DNA from: an uncultured Prevotellaceae bacterium | Lineage (GTDB): Bacteria; Bacteroidota; Bacteroidia; Bacteroidales; Bacteroidaceae | Length of the DNA: 64,000 nucleotides | Reading direction: 5' to 3' | NCBI GenBank assembly: GCA_947305005.1 | Contig: CAMZCM010000016.1 | Coordinates: forward strand, 913 to 64,912 | Shown here: piece after piece, positions 57,114-64,000 of the stretch | Position numbering within the stretch: the stretch's first letter is position 1 | Layout: every line of letters begins with the position of its first letter | Program-made: the position numbers and the translations under genes | Notes under the pieces: generated by a model | The model's input: only the letters and a program-made list of their open reading frames with translations | Told to the model about the DNA's origin: nothing | Databases searched by the model: none

Positions 57114-60100
57114 TTAATGATTTTTCTGAATTTGAATATTGACTTTGAAATCATCGAAGTCCAATACGACAGGCTCCTTAACGCTCTCTACCAGTGTCAG
57201 CTCGTCAGCCAGCACCTGTCCACTAATGTAGTCGCTGAAGGCTTCAACGGCTTTGTCTGTTGCGGGAGCGTGCTCCAGTGCGATGCAGATACGATCTGTA
57301 ATCTCAAAGCCACTCTCCTTGCGCAGGTTCTGAATGCGTTTAATCAGTTCGCGGGCGATACCTTCGTTGCGCAGCTCATCGGTCACAGTGATGTCCAAAG
57401 CTACTGTCAGGGCACCGTCATTAGCAACCGTCCAACCTGGAATATCCTCAGAGAAGATTTCCACGTCTTCCAATTCTACCGTGATAGCATCACCTGTAGG
57501 CAACGTCAAGGGTAATTGTCCGGTCTCCAAGACTGCAATCTGTTCTTGTGTGAGCGCAGTGACAGCCATATTTACGTCCTTCATCAGCTTTCCGAACTTT
57601 TTACCCATTGTGCGGAAGTTGCATTTCACCTTCTTGGTCAACAGACCAGCACCCTCCACGAACTCCAGCTGCTTCACATTCACCTCATCGAGAATCAGCT
57701 GCTTCACAGCTTCGATGCGTGTCTGTTGTTCACGGTCAATGGCAGGGATGGCGATGCGTGCTAAGGGCTGACGCACGATAATCTGTTCCTTCTTGCGCAG
57801 TGAGAGCACCATAGAGGTAATCTCCTGTGCCAACGCCATGCGTGTTTCCTGCTCCTTGTTGATGAGCGTCTCGTCATACACAGGGAATTGGGCAAGATGA
57901 ACAGAAGTGCCGTCCTGGTGCAGGTCGCGATACAGCTGATCTGCATAGAAGGGAGCGATGGGAGCCATCAGGCGGCTGACGGTTTCCAAACAGGTATAAA
58001 GAGTCTGATAGGCACTCAGCTTATCGGTTGTCATGCCGCCACCCCAGAAACGTTTGCGAGAGAGACGCACGAACCAGTTCGATACATTGTCAATCACGAA
58101 CGACTGGATGAGACGTCCGGCACGTGTGGGCTCATAGTTCTCATAGCTGTTTTCCACATCACGAACGAGAGAGTTGAGTGATGAGAGAATCCAGCGGTCC
58201 ATTTCTGAGCGTTCGCTCATCGGAACCTGAGGCTCGGCATTCGTCCAGCCATCTACATTAGCATACATTGCCATGAAGCTGTATGTCTGGTAGAGCTTGC
58301 CGAAGAATGAGCGGCTGATCTCTTGAACCCCTGCTTCATCGTACTTGAGGTTATCCCAAGGCTGTGAGTTAGTTAACATATACCAACGCACAGCGTCTGA
58401 ACCGAACTTCTCGATATTGTCAAAGGGATTGATGGCGTTACCAAGACGCTTGCTCATCTTCAGTCCGTTCTTATCTAACACGAGACCATTGGAGATAACA
58501 GCCTTGTACGAGACGCTGTCGAAGACCATTGTAGCAATGGCGTGCAGCGTGAAGAACCAACCGCGTGTCTGGTCCACACCTTCGGCGATGAAGTCTGCAG
58601 GATAAACCACACGATTATCTAGTGCTTCCTTGTTCTCAAAAGGATAGTGAATCTGTGCGTAAGGCATGGCGCCGCTGTCGAACCACACATCAATGAGGTC
58701 CAGCTCACGCTTCAGAGGCTGTCCGCTCTCGCCCACCAGCACGATGTCATCCACATACGGACGGTGCAGGTCAATGCGGTCATAGTTCTCCTGACTCATA
58801 TCACCCGGCACAAAGCCCTTAGCCTTCAGCGGGTTCTCTGCCATCACGCCAGCCTTCACAGCCTTCTCAATCTCGTTGTAGAGCTCTTCTACGCTGCCGA
58901 TGCAGATTTCCTCGCGGGTGTCGCGGTTGCGCCAGATGGGCAGCGGAGTGCCCCAGTAGCGGCTACGGCTGAGGTTCCAGTCGTTCAGGTTCTCAAGCCA
59001 TTTACCGAAGCGGCCTGTACCTGTTGATTCGGGCTTCCACAGGATGGTCTTGTTCAGCTCCATCATGCGCTCCTTAGCGGCTGTTGAGCGGATAAACCAG
59101 CTATCCAGCGGATAGTAGAGCACAGGTTTGTCCGTGCGCCAGCAGTGGGGATAGTTGTGTACGTGTTTCTCAATCTTGAACGCCGTACCCTCCTGCTTCA
59201 TCTCCATACAAAGCACGATGTTCAGGTCCTCGGTCTTGGCGAGTTCCTTCTCATCCATGCCAGCATATTTCGGATCGTAAGCATTCTTGACGAAGTCGCC
59301 GGCGTGGTGCCAATAGCTTTCATAAACACAAAGGCTTACAAACTTCTCGTCAATATCTTCCTTGACAAAGTATTTACCTGTGAAGTCCACCATCGGACGT
59401 GTGTCACCGGCCTTGTCAATCATGAACAGTGAGGGGATGCCGGCATCCTTCGCCACCTTGGCATCGTCAGCACCAAAGGTCGGTGCAATATGTACGACAC
59501 CCGTACCATCCTCGGTCGTCACATAGTCACCGGGAATCACACGGAAAGCATCCTGTTCCTTGACGACCACCTGTCCGTTCTCCAATGCACAGGGTTTCAC
59601 CCAGGGGAACAGCTGTTCATAGCGGAGTCCCAGGAGCTCTGTACCTACGCATTCACCGAGCACTTCGGGAGCTGCGGCGCCCTCCTCTTTCAGAGCGGGG
59701 AAATAGACATCCTTGCGTGCTTTAGCAACGATGTAGATGGCCTCTTCCTTCGTGTAGGGGTTCTGTCCCTTCACGGCCACGTATTCAATCTTGGGACCTA
59801 CGCACAGCGCTGTGTTCGAAGGCAGTGTCCAAGGGGTGGTCGTCCAAGCGAGGACATAAACAGGGAGTTGGCTCTCAGCAACGGCATTGCCGAACACCTT
59901 GACCTGTGAGGTCACCTTGAACTGAGCCGTCACGGTCGTGTCCTTCACATCGCGGTAGCAACCAGGTTGGTTCAACTCGTGACTGGAAAGACCAGTACCT
60001 GCGGCAGGACTATAAGGCTGAATGGTGTAGCCCTTGTAGAGCAGTCCCTTTTGGTACAGCTGCTTCAGGAGCCACCACAATGTCTCTATATATTTATTAT

Positions 60101-60560
60101 CATAGGTGATATACGGGTGTTCCATATCCACCCAGTAGCCCATGCGTTCACTCAGGTCAGTCCATTCCTGTGTGAACATCATCACGTTCTTGCGGCATTT
60201 GTCGTTGTACTCTTCAATGGAGATGGTCTTGCCGATATCCTCTTTGGTGATACCTAACTCTTTCTCCACGCCAAGCTCCACAGGCAGTCCGTGAGTGTCC
60301 CATCCGGCCTTGCGGTGTACTTGGTAGCCCTTCATGGTCTTAAAGCGGCAGAAGGTATCTTTGATGGAGCGAGCCAGAACGTGGTGAATACCCGGGTGTC
60401 CATTGGCCGAAGGAGGACCTTCGAAGAAGACAAACGAGGGACAGCCCTCACGTTCTGAAATGCTACGATGGAACAAATCTTCGCGGTTCCAGCAATCGAG
60501 AACTTCGTGATTTACCTCAGTCAGATTGAGATGGTCATGTTCAGGAAATTTCTGTGCCAT
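57114..60560 (-). CDS. ileS: isoleucine--tRNA ligase
   Basis: HIGH region PSANGHPGIHH, KMSKS as LKMSKR, a CP1 editing domain and about 1150 aa (type 2 IleRS length). Confidence 0.97.
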   Translation of the reverse strand: MAQKFPEHDHLNLTEVNHEVLDCWNREDLFHRSISEREGCPSFVFFEGPPSANGHPGIHHVLARSIKDTFCRFKTMKGYQVHRKAGWDTHGLPVELGVEKELGITKEDIGKTISIEEYNDKCRKNVMMFTQEWTDLSERMGYWVDMEHPYITYDNKYIETLWWLLKQLYQKGLLYKGYTIQPYSPAAGTGLSSHELNQPGCYRDVKDTTVTAQFKVTSQVKVFGNAVAESQLPVYVLAWTTTPWTLPSNTALCVGPKIEYVAVKGQNPYTKEEAIYIVAKARKDVYFPALKEEGAAAPEVLGECVGTELLGLRYEQLFPWVKPCALENGQVVVKEQDAFRVIPGDYVTTEDGTGVVHIAPTFGADDAKVAKDAGIPSLFMIDKAGDTRPMVDFTGKYFVKEDIDEKFVSLCVYESYWHHAGDFVKNAYDPKYAGMDEKELAKTEDLNIVLCMEMKQEGTAFKIEKHVHNYPHCWRTDKPVLYYPLDSWFIRSTAAKERMMELNKTILWKPESTGTGRFGKWLENLNDWNLSRSRYWGTPLPIWRNRDTREEICIGSVEELYNEIEKAVKAGVMAENPLKAKGFVPGDMSQENYDRIDLHRPYVDDIVLVGESGQPLKRELDLIDVWFDSGAMPYAQIHYPFENKEALDNRVVYPADFIAEGVDQTRGWFFTLHAIATMVFDSVSYKAVISNGLVLDKNGLKMSKRLGNAINPFDNIEKFGSDAVRWYMLTNSQPWDNLKYDEAGVQEISRSFFGKLYQTYSFMAMYANVDGWTNAEPQVPMSERSEMDRWILSSLNSLVRDVENSYENYEPTRAGRLIQSFVIDNVSNWFVRLSRKRFWGGGMTTDKLSAYQTLYTCLETVSRLMAPIAPFYADQLYRDLHQDGTSVHLAQFPVYDETLINKEQETRMALAQEITSMVLSLRKKEQIIVRQPLARIAIPAIDREQQTRIEAVKQLILDEVNVKQLEFVEGAGLLTKKVKCNFRTMGKKFGKLMKDVNMAVTALTQEQIAVLETGQLPLTLPTGDAITVELEDVEIFSEDIPGWTVANDGALTVALDITVTDELRNEGIARELIKRIQNLRKESGFEITDRICIALEHAPATDKAVEAFSDYISGQVLADELTLVESVKEPVVLDFDDFKVNIQIQKNH

Positions 60561-60603
60561 TATGATAATGAGTGTATATTTTATCCTTTCTTTAAAAACG
60601 GCG

Positions 60604-60611
60604 CAAAAATA
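60604..60611 (-). promoter_or_regulatory. -7 box TATTTTTG for ileS
   Basis: Plus-strand CAAAAATA, about 44 nt upstream of the ATG at 60560. Confidence 0.55.
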
Positions 60612-60653
60612 ACAAATTCATAGCACATAGCAAAATTACACGCGTAGAAATAT

Positions 60654-60691
60654 AAAAAAAACGAGCATCCCAGTGGGACACTCGATTTTTT
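60654..60691. terminator. terminator after rplT, near-copy of the 13942-13977 terminator
   Basis: AAAAAAACGAGCATCCC-agt-GGGACACTCGATTTTTT, a stem with an internal 2-nt mismatch flanked by A and T runs. Confidence 0.75.
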
Positions 60692-60713
60692 GTTCAGTCA
60701 AAGTGAGTAGTTC

Positions 60714-61058
60714 TTACTTTACCTTGGCAACGATAGCCTTGAATGCTTCTGCATGATTCATAGCGAGGTCAGCGAGCACCTTGCGGTTGATCTCAATACC
60801 TGCCTTGTGCAGAGCGCCCATCAACTGGCTGTAGCTCATGCCTTCGAGGCGAGCGGCAGCGTTAATACGCTGAATCCACAGAGCGCGGAAGGTACGCTTC
60901 TTGTTCTTACGATCACGATAAGCGTAGGTTAAGCCTTTCTCCCAAGTGTTCTTGGCAACGGTCCAGACGTTCTTGCGAGCGCCATAGTAGCCGCGGGTGA
61001 GCTTCAGAATTCTCTTTCTTTTTGCACGTGAAGCAACGTGATTTACTGATCTTGGCAT
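60714..61058 (-). CDS. rplT: 50S ribosomal protein L20
   Basis: [26 protein letters not shown]. The ATG at 61058 is preferred to the ORF-track start at 61094. Confidence 0.95.
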   Translation of the reverse strand: MPRSVNHVASRAKRKRILKLTRGYYGARKNVWTVAKNTWEKGLTYAYRDRKNKKRTFRALWIQRINAAARLEGMSYSQLMGALHKAGIEINRKVLADLAMNHAEAFKAIVAKVK

Positions 61059-61134
61059 AGTTTTGTTTGTTTTTTGAACGTAAGCGGATTGCAAGATTGA
61101 TGACAGATGGATGATGATTGACGAATATCTCTCA

Positions 61135-61167
61135 TCTCTAATCTTTAATCTCTAATCTTTAATCTCT
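61135..61167. repeat. 14-bp tandem repeat (tctctaatctttaa x2 + partial) in the rpmI-rplT spacer
   Basis: Units at 61135-61148 and 61149-61162, plus tctct. On the transcribed (minus) strand it reads AGAGATTAAAGATT. Confidence 0.85.
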
Positions 61168-61245
61168 TCACAAGCTTAAGCGTTCGGTTTGACTTTGGGT
61201 GATTTCCTTTCAGAAATACTTGTTTAACTCTCTACCTAACGTGGA

Positions 61246-61443
61246 TTAGCGAAGAAGGAGCAGTTCGCGTACCTGCTTTGTGTTAGCGGAGACCACGAGG
61301 TCAGCGTGCTGCAGGTTTCTTTTCTGTTTCTTACCTTTCTTTGTCAGGATGTGACTGTGATAAGCGTGATGACGCTTAATCTTACCCGTTCCGGTGAGGA
61401 TGAAGCGCTTCTTAGCACCGGAATTAGTCTTTACTTTTGGCAT
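61246..61443 (-). CDS. rpmI: 50S ribosomal protein L35
   Basis: [33 protein letters not shown], with the ATG at 61443. Confidence 0.93.
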   Translation of the reverse strand: MPKVKTNSGAKKRFILTGTGKIKRHHAYHSHILTKKGKKQKRNLQHADLVVSANTKQVRELLLLR

Positions 61444-61518
61444 TTTTTTGTTATTTAAATTGTTATTATTAACGGCGTGGCAACGCATATACCGGGCGCA
61501 GCGCACAGCCTCTTTCTC

Positions 61519-62187
61519 TTAATCGTCCCAGTCTTCGCCTTCCACCTTCGGACCTGTATATTCCTTGGGGGCTTTCTGCTGGGGTTTCTTGCGGACTTCA
61601 ACCTCTGCCTCTGCAGAGCCGTCCAGGAGATCGTCATCGTCGTCCGCAATAGCCTTCTTAGGAGTGACTTTCTTGGGTGCGATGAACATGATCATTCGTT
61701 TACCTTCAAGAACCGGCATTGACTCTACCTTGCCATATTCCTCCAGATCTTGTGCGAAACGGAGGAGGAGTACCTCGCCCTGCTCTTTGAACAGGATGGA
61801 GCGGCCACGGAAGAACACATAAGCCTTCACCTTGTCGCCGTCAGAAAGGAAACCAATGGCGTGCTTCAGCTTGAAGTTGTAGTCGTGGTCGTCGGTCTGT
61901 GGTCCGAAACGGATCTCTTTCACTTCGACTTTCGCCTGCTTGGCTTTCATCTCCTTCTGGCGTTTCTTCTGCTGATAGAGGAACTTGGAGTAGTCAATGA
62001 GTCGGCAGACGGGCGGCTCGGCATTGGGTGAAATCTCCACGAGGTCAACACCTTTCTGCTCTGCCAGATGGATAGCATCACGCACGGGAAGGACGGTGGA
62101 CGCAATGTCATCACCGACGATTCTCACTTCGCGAGCACGGATCTGCTCGTTGACTCGATACTGATTCTTCAGGTTGTCTTTTTTCAT
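61519..62187 (-). CDS. infC: translation initiation factor IF-3 with acidic C-terminal extension
   Basis: [16 protein letters not shown] and the canonical C-domain ending ...MIMFIAPKK, followed by about 45 extra D/E/K-rich residues. Confidence 0.93.
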   Translation of the reverse strand: MKKDNLKNQYRVNEQIRAREVRIVGDDIASTVLPVRDAIHLAEQKGVDLVEISPNAEPPVCRLIDYSKFLYQQKKRQKEMKAKQAKVEVKEIRFGPQTDDHDYNFKLKHAIGFLSDGDKVKAYVFFRGRSILFKEQGEVLLLRFAQDLEEYGKVESMPVLEGKRMIMFIAPKKVTPKKAIADDDDDLLDGSAEAEVEVRKKPQQKAPKEYTGPKVEGEDWDD

Positions 62188-62200
62188 TGCGGGCGCAAAG

Positions 62201-64000
62201 TTAATACTTTTCTGTCATTTGACGCACTTCTTCGTTGATTTTCTTTGCAAAATCATCGATTTTCATGCTTCCTTGATCACCTTGCCCCTGTTTTCTTACA
62301 CTTACAGTGCCTTCGACAGCTTCTTTTTCACCCACGATGAGCAGGTAAGGAATGTGCTTCATTTCGTTGTCGCGAATTTTACGACCAATCTTCTCAGCAC
62401 GATCGTCGATAACTGCACGAACGTCGGCCTGCTTGAGGGCGGCCTGTACCTGCTGGGCATAATCATTGAATTTCTCAGAGATAGGCAGGACAGCTACCTG
62501 GTCGGGCGTGAGCCAGAGGGGGAAGTGACCGGCGGTGTGTTCGATGAGCACGGCAACGAAACGCTCCATAGAACCGAAGGGCGCACGGTGAATCATCACA
62601 GGACGGTGCTTTTGGTTGTCCTCGCCAGTGTATTCAAGCTGAAAGCGCTGTGGGAGCTGATAGTCAACCTGAATCGTTCCGAGCTGCCAACGACGACCGA
62701 TAGCATCCTTGACCATGAAGTCGAGCTTAGGACCATAGAAGGCAGCCTCACCTAACTCAGTCTTAGCCTTCATGCCTTTCTCGGCACAAGCATCGATGAT
62801 GGCCTGCTCAGCAGTTGCCCAATCCTCGTCGGTGCCGATATATTTCTTCTTGTCGTTGGGGTCACGCAGGGAAATCTGCACTTCCACGTTGTCCTCGCTG
62901 AAATTGAACGTCTTAAAGACGCGCTGGATGATATCAATCACATTGATGAACTCGCGCTTTACCTGATCCGGACGGCAGAAGATGTGCGCATCGTCCTGCG
63001 TGAAGCAACGTACACGGGTCAAGCCGTGCAGCTCGCCGCTCATTTCATAGCGATAGACGGTGCCGAACTCGGCACAACGGAACGGCAGCTCCTTGTAAGA
63101 GCGCGGACGGTTAGCAAAGATCTCACAGTGGTGAGGGCAGTTCATGGGTTTGAGCAAGTACTCCTCACCTTCCTCAGGAGTCTGAATGGGTTGGAAGCTG
63201 TCCTTGCCGTAATGATCCCAGTGACCAGAGGTCTGATAGAGAATCTTACCGCCGATGTTAGGGGTAATAACTTCCTGATAGCCATATTCACGCTGGATCT
63301 TACGAAGCATCTCCTGCAGGCGCAGACGCATATCAGTGCCTTTGGGGAGCCAGATAGGCAAGCCCTTGCCGACACGCTCGCTGAACATGAAGAGCTCCAT
63401 CTCCTTACCGATTTTGCGGTGGTCACGCTTCTTGGCCTCTTCGAGCATGAGCAAGTACTCATCAAGCATCTTTTTCTTGGGGAAGGTAATACCATAGAGA
63501 CGTTGCATGCTTTCGCGTTCGGCATCGCCACGCCAGAAACAACCAGCGACACTGGTGACCTTAGCAACCTTAATCTCGCCTGTGTTGACGAGGTGCGGAC
63601 CACGACAGAGGTCTGTGAAATTACCCTGCGTATAGGTGGTGATAGTGCCATCCTCCAGATCCTGGTCGATATGCTCGCACTTAAAGGTCTGACCAGCAGC
63701 AGCAAACTCTTTCAATGCCTCGGCCTTGGGTACCTCACGACGCACCACGGGCTCCTTCTTGGAGGACAGTTCCTTCATCTTAGCTTCAATCGTAGCGAAG
63801 TCGCTTTCACCGATCTGCTTGCCGTCGGGCAGAACAACATCGTAGTAGAAGCCGTTCTCGATGGCAGGACCAAAGCCGAACTGAATGCCGGGATAAAGCT
63901 CTAGCAATGCCTCGGCCATGAGGTGGGCACTTGTATGCCAGAAGACGTGCTTACCCTGCTCGTCGTCCCATTTGTAGAGCACCAGCGTAGCATCTTCAGT
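62201..64000 (-). CDS. thrS: threonine--tRNA ligase, 5' end beyond the window
   Basis: Editing-domain [11 protein letters not shown], class II core and an anticodon-binding domain. The frame stays open to base 64000, so the ORF-track start at 63982 is an internal GTG (Val). Confidence 0.95.
   Translation of the reverse strand, partial: TEDATLVLYKWDDEQGKHVFWHTSAHLMAEALLELYPGIQFGFGPAIENGFYYDVVLPDGKQIGESDFATIEAKMKELSSKKEPVVRREVPKAEALKEFAAAGQTFKCEHIDQDLEDGTITTYTQGNFTDLCRGPHLVNTGEIKVAKVTSVAGCFWRGDAERESMQRLYGITFPKKKMLDEYLLMLEEAKKRDHRKIGKEMELFMFSERVGKGLPIWLPKGTDMRLRLQEMLRKIQREYGYQEVITPNIGGKILYQTSGHWDHYGKDSFQPIQTPEEGEEYLLKPMNCPHHCEIFANRPRSYKELPFRCAEFGTVYRYEMSGELHGLTRVRCFTQDDAHIFCRPDQVKREFINVIDIIQRVFKTFNFSEDNVEVQISLRDPNDKKKYIGTDEDWATAEQAIIDACAEKGMKAKTELGEAAFYGPKLDFMVKDAIGRRWQLGTIQVDYQLPQRFQLEYTGEDNQKHRPVMIHRAPFGSMERFVAVLIEHTAGHFPLWLTPDQVAVLPISEKFNDYAQQVQAALKQADVRAVIDDRAEKIGRKIRDNEMKHIPYLLIVGEKEAVEGTVSVRKQGQGDQGSMKIDDFAKKINEEVRQMTEKY

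Overview
This window reads as a chromosomal core segment of a Bacteroidota genome, probably Prevotellaceae-like. That placement is an inference from the Bacteroides-type TAnnTTTG -7 promoter boxes, a T9SS C-terminal sorting domain, the Bat aerotolerance operon and a Rho with a large N-terminal insertion. About 47 CDS are supported. I found no rRNA, tRNA, CRISPR array, integrase or transposase.

Gene blocks in order:
- 5'-truncated vWA gene
- ftsY-rimO and an HU pair
- moxR-DUF58-DUF4381-batA-batB/C-batD-batE, then a PAP2 phosphatase
- rho, divergent from an ABC-F ATPase
- WbuC cupin, Tsx-like porin and a guanine-deaminase-like gene
- Tat-dependent Gfo/Idh/MocA oxidoreductase with a HEAT+DUF1080 protein
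- zeta-toxin-like P-loop kinase with a coupled 51-aa ORF
- SNF2 helicase-trmD
- ligA, htpG, clpC, gyrA
- two secreted TPR paralogs, an atypical double histidine kinase, a LuxR-type response regulator and a UvrD helicase
- T9SS-secreted HExxH protein and udk
- Dna2-like nuclease-helicase
- ileS-dksA-like-lspA-DUF4296
- thrS-infC-rpmI-rplT

I do not see an unambiguous new multi-gene system. The observations most worth follow-up are:
- a 138-bp palindromic MITE-like element inserted in frame in the ABC-F gene
- a tandem kinase whose ATP-binding and phospho-acceptor motifs appear to sit in different halves
- a 22-bp x3 palindromic repeat inside that kinase's ATP lid
- a dense AGTACT-hexamer array in a 490-bp non-coding gap
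- a zeta-like kinase module with its partner gene downstream
- a PD-(D/E)XK + SF1 helicase fusion
- perfect inverted repeats bracketing the clpC and gyrA promoters

All functional calls come from motif reading by eye. No database search was run.
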